Shown: positions 21,038 through 31,642 of the stretch, one piece after another | Layout of the letters: each line of letters opens with the position of its first letter | Position numbering within the stretch: position 1 is the stretch's first letter | Assembly: GCA_964486045.1 (NCBI GenBank) | Contig: CAZALK010000004.1 | Span: forward strand, 235,772-299,771 | Origin: an uncultured archaeon | Lineage (GTDB): Archaea; Asgardarchaeota; Lokiarchaeia; Sigyniarchaeales; SOKP01 | DNA length: 64,000 bases | Direction of reading: 5' to 3' | Position numbers and translations under genes: made by a program | Notes under the pieces: model-generated | The model's input: only the letters and a program-made list of their open reading frames with translations | What the model was told of the DNA's origin: nothing | Databases searched by the model: none

Positions 21038-22306
21038 ATGTATGATGTTGTAATCATTGGTGCTGGAGTGTCGGGTTCAATTTTTGCTTCAAAAATTTCA
21101 AAACACGCTAATACTCTACTTATAGAATCTCAAGATTATCAAAAAGAGATACCTATAAGAACAAATATCTTTCCGGAACATAATAAACCGTTTGTTAAAG
21201 AAGAGCTTGATTGGGATAACAAAGAAATCTTCCCAAGTCTCCACACTACCTCAAATTATATGAGTGATGAGTTTAATGGCGTAATCAACTCTAATGAATT
21301 TGGTCTTCCTTTAGGAAATGTAAGTTACACGGAAAACATGATACAATATTTAATTCATAAGTTTGAACAACAGGGAGGAACCTTTAATTCTAATGAAAAG
21401 ATTTCAAAAATTAATAAACATCCTGATTATTTAGAATTATTGAATGCTAAAGGAGAATCATACACTACAAAACTATTAGTATTAGCAACTGGCTCACGAG
21501 GGTTTGAATTACAAAAGTCTCTCGGTTTTGGGATTCCTGATTCTTTTACGGGGGTGTATCTTCATCTTTTTGGAAGTGAAGATAAAATTAATGAAAATTT
21601 AAAATGGAATTATAGTTTTCATATTAATCCTAAGATCAGTAGAAATGGTCCCTTTTTCCTTAATAAAGGAATCGAAAGAATCTCTGCAGGATATTTAGGA
21701 GAAAAAAATCAATCGAAGGAAGAGGTAGTGCCAAAACTAGAGAGAATATTAAAAAATTATAAACCGATACAACCTATCGTAAACGGTTTATCCTATAATT
21801 TATCAGATGCCGTAGTAGGGAAAATATCTAAACATCCAATAAAAAAGTACTCGAATGATCGAGTTCTCATTTTAGGGGAAGCAGCTGGACTAGTCTCTGC
21901 GTTCTTTTATGAAGGATTATTACCAGGCGTTGCTTGTGCGCATATCGCATCTGATACTCTAAAACCTTTGTTCGAAGGTGGTAGCAACTTTACTCGAGGA
22001 GAGTTGCAAAAATATGATAAAGAAGTTAACCGTGTTCTAATGACGTACTTTAAGAATGGAAATGCCATGGAACACTTGATTTACAATGATAGCTCCTCTG
22101 TAAAGTCTTTATGGCGTTTATACACGAAATTGCTAAACGAAAACAAGACTTGTAGAAAATTTATACATGAGGCGTACGTAAACCAGGATCTTTCAAAACA
22201 TATAGTGGCAAACGATAGATATGTAGGAGAGAAACTTTTCGGGATGCTCCCTACCCTCTCAAAACTTACGCTTAGTCCAAAATTCTTTAAAGCCATGCTG
22301 ATGTAA
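21038..22306 (+). CDS. FAD-dependent oxidoreductase, geranylgeranyl-reductase-like
   Basis: YDVVIIGAGVSGS, VLATG, LGEAAGLVSAFFYEG. Confidence 0.75.
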   Translation: MYDVVIIGAGVSGSIFASKISKHANTLLIESQDYQKEIPIRTNIFPEHNKPFVKEELDWDNKEIFPSLHTTSNYMSDEFNGVINSNEFGLPLGNVSYTENMIQYLIHKFEQQGGTFNSNEKISKINKHPDYLELLNAKGESYTTKLLVLATGSRGFELQKSLGFGIPDSFTGVYLHLFGSEDKINENLKWNYSFHINPKISRNGPFFLNKGIERISAGYLGEKNQSKEEVVPKLERILKNYKPIQPIVNGLSYNLSDAVVGKISKHPIKKYSNDRVLILGEAAGLVSAFFYEGLLPGVACAHIASDTLKPLFEGGSNFTRGELQKYDKEVNRVLMTYFKNGNAMEHLIYNDSSSVKSLWRLYTKLLNENKTCRKFIHEAYVNQDLSKHIVANDRYVGEKLFGMLPTLSKLTLSPKFFKAMLM

Positions 22307-22407
22307 TCCCCTAATAACATGTAAATCAGACAAAATGAAACTATAGAAGAAAACTTTTACGATTCTTTGAAAAAGAAGAAGACTGAATAAAATTACTCAA
22401 AAAATTT

Positions 22408-22608
22408 TTACTCGTAGGCGAGTATTGGGCAGTTTACCTTCCCAATTGCCTTAAACTCTTTTAGTTGTTTATCAATTTTAACACTAACTTTTGTTTCACA
22501 ATTGGTGCAATTCCAATCATAACGATTTCTATCTTCTGAAAATATAACTCCATTGTCAAAGTTATGTTTAACACCGCACGGAAAATCACTCACCTTTTTT
22601 ACCATCAC
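22408..22608 (-). CDS. small Cys-containing hypothetical protein (possible zinc ribbon)
   Basis: CGVKH...CTNC. Confidence 0.45.
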   Translation of the reverse strand: MMVKKVSDFPCGVKHNFDNGVIFSEDRNRYDWNCTNCETKVSVKIDKQLKEFKAIGKVNCPILAYE

Positions 22609-22952
22609 CTAGAATTTTACTTTTTTTAGATTTTTCGTTGAAACCTAAATTTTTTTCAATAAATGTTTTTTTTTGACTATTATCAAACTTATTGATGTAT
22701 CAAATAATGTATCAATTTCACTTATTTAAAGTTACCCCCATGTATTTCCCACTCATTAAAATATTAGTAAATTGTTAGATCCGACAAAATAAAGTAGATT
22801 AGATAGAATAATGAACGAATCTATTATCATGTCATGTTTTTATAAATAATTTTCATAATGAATTTAAATTTTGTGGGGAATTTTGAAAAAAATGTTTAAA
22901 ATTAGGAGAGTGATGAAAAAAATTGGATTTTTTCTAAAAATCTTTTCCTTTA

Positions 22953-25301
22953 TTATCTATTTATAAAAGATAATGAAAGTATTTCTTGAAGTTTGTTGAT
23001 TAGACTTTTCAATTCTTTAATGAGATGGTTAATCCCCATGGCCAGGTTTGGATCGAGTTTAATCGCTTTCTCAAGATGTTCAATAGCTCTATGATAATCT
23101 TTCTTTTCGAAGTAAGCATACCCCATGAAGAACCATGCTTTAGCAAAACTAGGTTCCAATTCAGTTGCTTTAACATAGCTTTCAATTGCTTTATCAAATT
23201 CATTAATTTGTTCATAAATATTACCTATATTAAACCATCCAATAAAATAGTCAGGATCAATCTCAATAGTTTTGTTTAAGAAACTTAGCGCGTTTTCAAA
23301 CTCATTTTTAGCCATATAAGCTAATCCGATCAAATTCCATGATTCAATATGAGATTTATTGTAATTCAATGCTTTTTGAAAGCTCTCGATTGCAGCATCG
23401 TATTTTTTTTTGTAGTTATAAGCTTGTCCAATGTAATAATGAGCATCTACAAACTTTTCATCTAACTCAACCGCTTTTCTGCCATCATCTATTGCATTAT
23501 CGTATTGTTTATTTTCTATTTCAACCTTTATTTTATTTATCAATTCTTTTTTGTAACTTTCTTTAACTAAATCCTTGTTTTTTACATCAGGGACCTCCAT
23601 CATATCATTAACTTTTAGTGCCCTTTCATAAAAATTAAAAGCTTCTTCGAATGCTTTCTTTTCCGCGAGTTGATTTCCTTGTTCGATCAAGAATTTAATT
23701 TCCTCAGAATGAACATCGTCAATCATATTTTTGATTTTGTTCATTTCTTCAACTTGACGTTCTGGATCCTCAATAGATTGAGCGTATTCTAATCTTTTTT
23801 GGAGTTTTCCTATTTCTTTCTCTTTAGTCTCCTGTTGTTCATCTAATTTCCCTTTCCCAACTAACTGTTTTACTTCAGCGTCATAAATAAGACTTTTTAT
23901 CAAGTTAACCTCTTCTTCCATTTCTTTAGTGAGATACATTTTATTAGTCATATTCAGGGCTTCCTTGAAGACTTCTAAGGCTTTCTCATATTCATTTTGA
24001 CCAATTAGATCTTTTCCCCTATTAATAACTTCTTTATTTTTGGTAGAATAAACTTTATTTATTATACTTTTTAAATCTTGTAATACTGCATTATCTTCTT
24101 CTGGATATGCCATTTGTTTTGCAATACTTAAAGCGACGTATATTTCATTAATAGCTTCTTCATATTTTTGCTTTCCGATTAATTGAATTGATTTATCTTT
24201 GATAACATTAATTCCGGGTAAACAAGCTTGGTTAATTGAGTCATTGATTTTTTTAATCTCTAAGTCTTTTCTCTCTGAATTAACCATGGTTTCCGTGATA
24301 ATTATCGCTTTGTTAAAAATCGCAATAGCTTCATTTATCATTGTAATTGATTCTTTAAAATTATCTGTTTGAGTTACTGCGATTCCTTCTTCTAAAATTG
24401 GCCTAATTCGTTCAATATGTATTGGATTTATCGCTTCTGCGATAAGGCTGATCTCAAGTTTTTTTAATTCAGAATCATACATTTTTTCCGCAATGATTAA
24501 TGCATTCTCTAACTCGGATATAGCTTCATCTTTTAACCCATCTTTAATTAAATCTTTTCCTTTCTCAACCATTAACTTAATTTGCTTAGAATAAATTTCA
24601 TTTGAAAGATTAATAATGTTAACAATTTCAGTTTTCATCGCATTAGCAGAGAAAGATTTTTCAATATGACTCTTTGCTTTTTCAAAAACTTTAATTGCTT
24701 GGTCAAATTGACCTTTCTGCTTCAACTCAGTTCCCTGGTGTAATATTAGCCTGAATTGGGATTCATTCGTTTTATCAATTTCATTCTTAATCTTGGAAGT
24801 ATATTCTCTCTTACCCTCGAGATGTCGAAATTTTTCCACGAGAATCAACCCATCTTCAAATACCTTAATTGCATCATTTAAGTTGTTTTCTTCCTCTCTT
24901 TTTTTTATTCCTTTTAGTATAATCTGTTCTATTTCAACTTCCTTAATCAGTTCATTTATTTCTGCGATTTCAGCATCTCTGAGTTCTTTATCACTAATTT
25001 TTTCATTAGCAATCCTAATTCCTTTCTTAAAATTAGTTTTAGCCTTTTCATACTCTTTTAATGAAATTAACCGAGTTGATTCTTGAATAAGGTGGCTTAT
25101 CTCAACTGAATGTGTTTGATTAATAGCATTTTTTATATTTTCAATCTCAACTTTCTTTTCACTAGGCTCATCGACTTTTATATTAATAAAATTGAGAGCT
25201 TGTTCGAATTTTTCTATCGATTTTTGAAATTTATTTTTATCTTTTAAAGTATTGGCTTCTTCAATTATTGTAATTAATTTCTTTAAGATTGATGGTTTCA
25301 T
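22953..25301 (-). CDS. tetratricopeptide-repeat protein
   Basis: Canonical C-terminal TPRs (AHYYIG, SWNLIG, GWFNIG, AWFFMG); longer helical repeats N-terminally. Confidence 0.88.
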   Translation of the reverse strand: MKPSILKKLITIIEEANTLKDKNKFQKSIEKFEQALNFINIKVDEPSEKKVEIENIKNAINQTHSVEISHLIQESTRLISLKEYEKAKTNFKKGIRIANEKISDKELRDAEIAEINELIKEVEIEQIILKGIKKREEENNLNDAIKVFEDGLILVEKFRHLEGKREYTSKIKNEIDKTNESQFRLILHQGTELKQKGQFDQAIKVFEKAKSHIEKSFSANAMKTEIVNIINLSNEIYSKQIKLMVEKGKDLIKDGLKDEAISELENALIIAEKMYDSELKKLEISLIAEAINPIHIERIRPILEEGIAVTQTDNFKESITMINEAIAIFNKAIIITETMVNSERKDLEIKKINDSINQACLPGINVIKDKSIQLIGKQKYEEAINEIYVALSIAKQMAYPEEDNAVLQDLKSIINKVYSTKNKEVINRGKDLIGQNEYEKALEVFKEALNMTNKMYLTKEMEEEVNLIKSLIYDAEVKQLVGKGKLDEQQETKEKEIGKLQKRLEYAQSIEDPERQVEEMNKIKNMIDDVHSEEIKFLIEQGNQLAEKKAFEEAFNFYERALKVNDMMEVPDVKNKDLVKESYKKELINKIKVEIENKQYDNAIDDGRKAVELDEKFVDAHYYIGQAYNYKKKYDAAIESFQKALNYNKSHIESWNLIGLAYMAKNEFENALSFLNKTIEIDPDYFIGWFNIGNIYEQINEFDKAIESYVKATELEPSFAKAWFFMGYAYFEKKDYHRAIEHLEKAIKLDPNLAMGINHLIKELKSLINKLQEILSLSFINR

Positions 25302-25417
25302 TTTCGTATCTCTTATGATTTAATCCTATGGAATATAATAGCAATAATTATATAAACCTTATATCTTTCGGAATGTAAGTATAAATATCTGACTCTGTAA
25401 GATTGAAATTAATAAAA

Positions 25418-27013
25418 ATGGCTAGTAAGATACCGGCAAGAAAAATATTCTACAACGGAATTATTATCACACTGGAAGAAAAACACCCGAGTGTTGAAGC
25501 TGTGGGAATTGAAGGAGAAAAGATTTTAGCTATAGGGATGTTAGAAAAAGTTAAAGAAGAGCTTGGTGTTGAAAACGAGCTGATAGATTTGGGGGGAAAC
25601 ACCCTCCTCCCTGGCTTTATAGATTCACATATGCATCCAATTGGATCTATGTTCATGTTAATGAACCTTGATCTTTCTACCATAGCAAGCTTAGAAAAAC
25701 TTCAAGAAGTATTGAAAAATTCTGCTGAAAAAAGAGGAAAGGGAGATTTAATATTTGGATTCAGGTTAAAAGAAGAACTCTTTGAAATTCCAAAATTACC
25801 CACTCGGTGGGACCTAGATATTGCTTGTCCCGGGAATCCTGTTTTTATTTTACGGTATGATGGTCATATTGGAATTGCAAATACTAAAACCCTAGAATTA
25901 GCTGGAGTTAACTCCCAAACAAAAGTTCCTACGGGTGGTGAAATTAGGAAGGATGAAAATGGAGAATTAACCGGTGTTATCAGCGAAAATGCATTAACTG
26001 TACTCTATTCTAAAGTTTCTAAATATTTATTTCCCAAACCTGAAGCTCTTCAGGAAATAGCGAAAAAATATTTTAATTCACTAGCTAGTAAAGGAATCAC
26101 TTCAATTCATGGGATCACCTCTCTTCAACGTGATTTCCCCGTTTATTCATTAGTTAAAGAAGAAGTACTTCAAAGCTGGTATTCACTAATTTCTATCGTA
26201 GATCCGACAAAACTTAAAGACCTAAAAAAGCAATCCTTAGACACTAATAAGGAAGATAGCAAATTTAAAACTAGGTGTTGGAAAGGTTATTTTGATGGTA
26301 CTTTGGGTGCGAAAACAGCGTTAATGCATGAACCCTTTTCTGATGCTCCTGATAAGAAGGGATTTTCCGTAGTCGATGAAGAAACCATGTTTAAAAGAAT
26401 GAAAATAGCACATGATGATGGTTTTCAAATCAGTATTCATGCAATTGGAGATAAAGGGAATCGAAAATGCGTTGATTTATATAAGAAATTACTAACACAA
26501 TCCCCGAAAGAAAATCATCGCCATCGAATTGAACATGCCTCATTATTAACTGAGGATGTTATTAAAGATATTAAAAAATATAATATAATTGTTGCGTGCC
26601 AACCTCCCTTTATTAATTCAGAATATACTTGGTTGGAGAAGCGTTTGGGTAAAAAACGATGTAATTATATCTATCCATTCAAATCCATCATTGATTCGGG
26701 GATTATAATGGCATCAGGATCGGATAGCCCTATAGAAGATCCTGACATAATTATGGGGCTCCATGCTTTAGTTACACGGAACGGTTTTGTTCCGGAACAA
26801 TGTATCACGATGGAAGAGGCATTAAAAACTTATACTATTAACGGTGCTTACGCCGCATTCGAAGAAAATGTTAAAGGGAGTATTAAGGTTGGTAAATTAG
26901 CAGATTTTGTTGTATTGGATAAAAATCCCCTTGAGGTAGATAAAGACCATATTAGAGAAATTCAGGTAATTGAAACGATAATTAGAGGAAAGAGTGTTTT
27001 TAAAAAAGATTGA
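25418..27013 (+). CDS. amidohydrolase family 3 (YtcJ-like)
   Basis: LPGFIDSHMH, HAIGD, RHRIEHA, GSDSP, GSIKVGKLADFVVLD. Confidence 0.9.
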   Translation: MASKIPARKIFYNGIIITLEEKHPSVEAVGIEGEKILAIGMLEKVKEELGVENELIDLGGNTLLPGFIDSHMHPIGSMFMLMNLDLSTIASLEKLQEVLKNSAEKRGKGDLIFGFRLKEELFEIPKLPTRWDLDIACPGNPVFILRYDGHIGIANTKTLELAGVNSQTKVPTGGEIRKDENGELTGVISENALTVLYSKVSKYLFPKPEALQEIAKKYFNSLASKGITSIHGITSLQRDFPVYSLVKEEVLQSWYSLISIVDPTKLKDLKKQSLDTNKEDSKFKTRCWKGYFDGTLGAKTALMHEPFSDAPDKKGFSVVDEETMFKRMKIAHDDGFQISIHAIGDKGNRKCVDLYKKLLTQSPKENHRHRIEHASLLTEDVIKDIKKYNIIVACQPPFINSEYTWLEKRLGKKRCNYIYPFKSIIDSGIIMASGSDSPIEDPDIIMGLHALVTRNGFVPEQCITMEEALKTYTINGAYAAFEENVKGSIKVGKLADFVVLDKNPLEVDKDHIREIQVIETIIRGKSVFKKD

Positions 27014-27056
27014 ATAATCTCAAAAGCAAATATATTTATATCTAAAATAATCCTCT

Positions 27057-28568
27057 TTATTTTATTTCTGGAATTAGGATTACAAAATTGCTCCCTTTCT
27101 CAAAGTCATTTTTGACTCTATCTTCGACCCATATTTTTCCTTTATAGGAGTCAATAATTTTTTTCACTAGTGACAATCCTAAACCCATACCACGGTCACT
27201 TGTTTCTTCACTATATCTTCTCTGAAAAACTTTCTCTTTTCTGGAATCCTCTATTCCAAATCCATTATCCATAATTTCTATTTTAATATAATTGATGTTT
27301 TCTATTTTCTCTTTGGAAATCTTTACGAGGATTTCAAGAGCTAGTTTATCATTAAATTTAATTGAATTAACTAAGATATTTTCAAATATATCTTCTAGGA
27401 GTTCATTAGCATGCACATAAAGTTTTTTACCAATAGAATCAACTTGAATTTTTATATTTTTTTCCTGGTAAGCATTTTTTACATAAGTAATTGACTTCTC
27501 TAAAATGGTGCAAATTTCGACATTTTTAATTAACATTTCCGTTTCATCAAGCTTTGAGAGTTTGCGGATATTAGAAACCAATGTTGCTCCTCTCTTAATT
27601 TGATTTTTTATAATGCTATAGTACTCACTTAATTTTTTTAGCTTTTCTGTTCTTCCAATTTCCATTTCACTGAGTTGTATTCCAGATAATATGTTTTGTA
27701 AAATGTTATTTATGTCATGGGTGAATAAATCTTTGTAAAATTCTGCCCGATTATAAGCCTCACGATATTCCTTCTCAGACTTTTTTAAAGCTTCTTCAAC
27801 CTTCTTCTGTTCAGTGATGTTTGTAAAAATAACTGCAAAATGATCTTTTTTAGGAGAATACGCTATGGCATTGTACCATTGATCAAGAGGTTCTGCATAG
27901 TTTTGAAATGTCAGTGGGATTCCTGTAAGGGCCACTTTACCATACTTACCGATCCAGTCTGCAGGATCATTCTCTACTCCTGGAAGTATCTCTTTCACGG
28001 TTTTTCCGATGATGTCATGTACTTTTAAACCTGTCAGGGCTTCAAAAGCGGCATTTGCTTCTAAAAATTGATAATCAATTGGATTATTATTTTCATCCAC
28101 AATTATTTTGTGATAAGCAAATCCCCCAATCATATTTTCAAAGAGTGAACGATAGGCTTTTTCTGATTCCTTTACTTTTTGTTCTGCTCTTACACGCTCG
28201 GTGACGTCGTTAAAAATCATTCCAAGGCCTTCAATTAATTTAAAAGCGTGTATTGATAAATGTATGTTCCCAAATTTAGGAAGTTGTTCAGCATCATCAG
28301 CATAGAATGGTTTTCCTGTTTTTATGACATTTAAATAAGCATTATATCTCCCAGTTTTTTCAAGACCAGGGGTTATCTCAAGTATGTGTTTACCAATTAC
28401 GGCCTCTCTGCGCATGTTAATAATCCGTAACGCAGAATCGTTGATCTCACGCAATTTTAAGCTTGAATCGTAAACAAGGAAACCTTCAGTTGCGGCTTCC
28501 ATGAAGTCTTTTAACTTTTTTTCACTTTCTTTTAATTTTTCCTTGGTTGACTTTTCACGTTCAGTCAT
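27057..28568 (-). CDS. soluble PAS-domain sensor histidine kinase
   Basis: Two PAS/PAC units, FTHDINN H-box, NILVNSIKF N-box, DNGFG and GMGLGL. Confidence 0.92.
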   Translation of the reverse strand: MTEREKSTKEKLKESEKKLKDFMEAATEGFLVYDSSLKLREINDSALRIINMRREAVIGKHILEITPGLEKTGRYNAYLNVIKTGKPFYADDAEQLPKFGNIHLSIHAFKLIEGLGMIFNDVTERVRAEQKVKESEKAYRSLFENMIGGFAYHKIIVDENNNPIDYQFLEANAAFEALTGLKVHDIIGKTVKEILPGVENDPADWIGKYGKVALTGIPLTFQNYAEPLDQWYNAIAYSPKKDHFAVIFTNITEQKKVEEALKKSEKEYREAYNRAEFYKDLFTHDINNILQNILSGIQLSEMEIGRTEKLKKLSEYYSIIKNQIKRGATLVSNIRKLSKLDETEMLIKNVEICTILEKSITYVKNAYQEKNIKIQVDSIGKKLYVHANELLEDIFENILVNSIKFNDKLALEILVKISKEKIENINYIKIEIMDNGFGIEDSRKEKVFQRRYSEETSDRGMGLGLSLVKKIIDSYKGKIWVEDRVKNDFEKGSNFVILIPEIK

Positions 28569-28660
28569 AGGTTCTATTAGAAGTAATTCCTATTTCATTC
28601 CCCCAACTCAACACAAAATAAAACAATTAAACAACAGAGAACAGATCATATAATTAACAC

Positions 28661-29593
28661 TTAATCATTTCTCTGGATAATAAAATCTTCTCTGGAGTAA
28701 TCTATACCTTCAGCTTTTATTTCAAGCAGTCTTGCTGCCTGTTTTTGAATCAAAATACTATTTTCTTGTTTATTTGCAACAAAGGGGAAAATTTTATTTC
28801 CTATAATAATCTCAATTTCTTCTGGCTTTAAACTGTCATCTGAATCTTGTTTATTAGCAACTATCAAGAGTTCTGCATGTGGAATTATCTTATCCGTTAT
28901 TTCTACCATCAATTTACTCTCCTCCGCATTTTTTTGGGTTGAATCAAGGACTAAAATTACGGCATCCGATCCTAATATAAAAGATTGCCATACTTGTTGG
29001 CTTATATCTTCTTGATCAGGAATATCCCATAATAAAATCGGCATTCCAAATAGATCTGCCTTATACTTCTTTAACTGAGTAGTTTCTTTATACTTTTTTG
29101 GCATTTTCCCACTTTTAATCATCTCAGTTATATGAGATTTTCCAACAAAGTCATAACCGATTACGCTAATCTTTGCAGGTCTTAGCATTAGCAGATCATC
29201 GATCAATGGGGAACATTTGGAATCGAGAAGTTTTTTATTTTCTTCTGAGATTTTTCCTGCTGTAGATACGCCTGTTTTTTCTAAAAACGTTCTTAAAATT
29301 TTTAGAATCTTATGCATTTTAGGAAATATTTGCTCTGGAAGTGAGGAATCATCATACGTTAGTGATATAAACAAGGGAATTGGATTTTTCATTTTATAAC
29401 AAATAATTTTCAATGTTATGATATCTATTACGAGATCTTCTTCATAAAAACCCCTTGAAGTTAATTCCTCATCAATATTCTTGAGCATTTGCGGTAAAAC
29501 TTCGGGATTTCTAAATGAAACAGCAAAATCTTTATGTAAATATATCTCTTCGCCTTTTAAAATAGTAATATTTTTTAACAATCTTTTATCCAC
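28661..29593 (-). CDS. Arf/Ras-like small GTPase with N-terminal extension
   Basis: GYDFVGKS (G1), WDIPDQ (degenerate G3), ANKQD (G4). Confidence 0.75.
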   Translation of the reverse strand: MDKRLLKNITILKGEEIYLHKDFAVSFRNPEVLPQMLKNIDEELTSRGFYEEDLVIDIITLKIICYKMKNPIPLFISLTYDDSSLPEQIFPKMHKILKILRTFLEKTGVSTAGKISEENKKLLDSKCSPLIDDLLMLRPAKISVIGYDFVGKSHITEMIKSGKMPKKYKETTQLKKYKADLFGMPILLWDIPDQEDISQQVWQSFILGSDAVILVLDSTQKNAEESKLMVEITDKIIPHAELLIVANKQDSDDSLKPEEIEIIIGNKIFPFVANKQENSILIQKQAARLLEIKAEGIDYSREDFIIQRND

Positions 29594-29748
29594 TCCTAAT
29601 TTTCACTATTAATCTAAAAATATTTATTAAAATGTAATAATATAGTAAAAAGCGTTATTTTAAAGTTAAGTTAAAACAAAAGTTATAATCACGAGTGCGA
29701 ATCGAAAAAAATTATTAGATATAAACCATTATCTTTCACTACTCATCA

Positions 29749-30312
29749 ATGAAAGAATTTAAAATTAGTGATCTCTTTACAGTTAAATTGGAAGATAACA
29801 AAACTATAATATACATCTCCAATAAAAAAGTTATTCAATGTAAATACCTATTACTAAATGATAATGATGTTGGCAGTAAAACTGAAAATGATAGTTTGGC
29901 TAAATTATCAATAGATACTCAATCTAAAAATTTGAATCATTCTTTAGAATTGATTGATGAAAATGATATCCCTCCTGAAGTTGAGTTTTGGGCACATTCA
30001 TCAAATTTACAAGCATGGTACGAGCATGAATACGACACGCAATTACTTCATAGTAATTTAGCATTCCCACTATTGAAGAAATTAGCTCAAGCAGGTGACC
30101 TCATGGCTAAGCGAGCATTTAAAAAAGAAATTAAAAAGAGATTTCGCGAAGGGGACTTAAATGTCATGACTTTCTTGGTTATAGAAGGTTATTTGGATGA
30201 GTTAAGTATAGAAGAATCAGAGAATTTGTATGAAGAATTAGATTTCGAGGTATATAAAAGACTTCTAGAGCGTTTAAGGGAAACGGAAAAAAGAGAAGTT
30301 TTCATTGATTAA
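29749..30312 (+). CDS. hypothetical protein (domain recalled from Lokiarchaeal LRR-protein N-termini)
   Basis: EFKISDLFTVKLE...PEVEFWAHSSNLQAWYEHEYDTQLLHSNLAFPLLKKLAQAGD; family link is from recall only. Confidence 0.6.
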   Translation: MKEFKISDLFTVKLEDNKTIIYISNKKVIQCKYLLLNDNDVGSKTENDSLAKLSIDTQSKNLNHSLELIDENDIPPEVEFWAHSSNLQAWYEHEYDTQLLHSNLAFPLLKKLAQAGDLMAKRAFKKEIKKRFREGDLNVMTFLVIEGYLDELSIEESENLYEELDFEVYKRLLERLRETEKREVFID

Positions 30313-30366
30313 AAACTTCATTCTAAATAACCCATCCCCAAATTTTCCAGTTCTAAATGTTAAAAA

Positions 30367-31416
30367 TTAATATCCTTCCTTTAAATCTACGATATTAAGA
30401 AAATCAGTCCTATCTTCTGCCATACGTTTGATATTCTCAATTACTTCATCCCAAGGGAAGTTTACCATGGGTGAAGCGGCTCGGTGGGGGGAGAGGACCA
30501 CATTACTTAAATTTTGGAAGGGGCATGAAAAGGGGTATTTTTTTCCATCACTATCTTCCTTTGGAGAATAATTCCATAAAACATCTATTGCCGCTCCTGC
30601 TATTATATTATCATATAACGCTGTATAAAGAGATTCTTCATCAATAATCGCACCACGTCCAACATTTACAAGTAAGCCATCATGCCCAAGAAACTTCAAC
30701 TCTTCCAGTCTAATCATTCCTTCCGTTTGGGAGGTTAAAGGAGCTGCAATAATAAGAGTGTCTATTTCCTTCAAAAATTCGTGGAGCTCTGGAAAGAGGA
30801 ATTTTTTGATAGTTGTTGGAGGTGTTTCTGTTTGTTTATCCCAATTTTTTCTTAATGCCGAAAACTCTACTTTAAAACCTGAAAGAAAACGGTGAACCCA
30901 TGAATTAATTGCTCCATACCCTAACAGTCCTATTTTTCTCGATTTTAGTGGAATTGTAGCAGCATCGCTATCATTTTTTCGCCATTGACCATTACTCAAC
31001 CAGTTGTGATGAGGGATTATCTTATTGAGAAGAGTTAGTAACATTGCTACTGCGTGTTGCGCACAGGGATATGCATGACCATGTCCGTTTACTAGGACAA
31101 CTTTTCTGGTTTTATTTACTTCACGAAATATGGAAATTATTCTTTGAACTCCTGTTCCGGGATTTATATATAATTTTACTTTCTTAGCATTCTGAAAAAG
31201 ATCATTGGGAGGGCGCCAACCTACAATTACATCAGCTCGCGGTAGTAGCTGTTTCAATTCTTGACTGGTTCTTGAATAGTCTTTTGCGAAAAGGAAGTTT
31301 ACTTGCGGAATATCACTAAACTGTTCTACTAATGTTTTTCTGGCAATTTGAGGGAGATCCCAAATAAAAAGTACGTTTATATCTTTGACAAATTTCCTTT
31401 GACTAACTTTAAACAC
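30367..31416 (-). CDS. D-isomer-specific 2-hydroxyacid dehydrogenase
   Basis: GLLGYGAI, PLTSQT, VNVGRG, GAAIDV, SPHRA. Confidence 0.88.
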   Translation of the reverse strand: MFKVSQRKFVKDINVLFIWDLPQIARKTLVEQFSDIPQVNFLFAKDYSRTSQELKQLLPRADVIVGWRPPNDLFQNAKKVKLYINPGTGVQRIISIFREVNKTRKVVLVNGHGHAYPCAQHAVAMLLTLLNKIIPHHNWLSNGQWRKNDSDAATIPLKSRKIGLLGYGAINSWVHRFLSGFKVEFSALRKNWDKQTETPPTTIKKFLFPELHEFLKEIDTLIIAAPLTSQTEGMIRLEELKFLGHDGLLVNVGRGAIIDEESLYTALYDNIIAGAAIDVLWNYSPKEDSDGKKYPFSCPFQNLSNVVLSPHRAASPMVNFPWDEVIENIKRMAEDRTDFLNIVDLKEGY

Positions 31417-31642
31417 CTTAATTTAATTATAAAAAGAATATTCTAGTGTGTTAAGTAAATCATTACTGGATTTATTTTTTTCTTACCAAATATTTAGAGA
31501 TTATTTTTTATCTTTTTCCAGATTAATACTTATTTTATTATATTTGAGGAATCCCTTTTAAAATAACTATATTCTCGTAATTGAAATATTAATAAAGGAA
31601 AAACAGGTTAAAAAGAAATTTTTTAATCTATTTAATGAAAAA

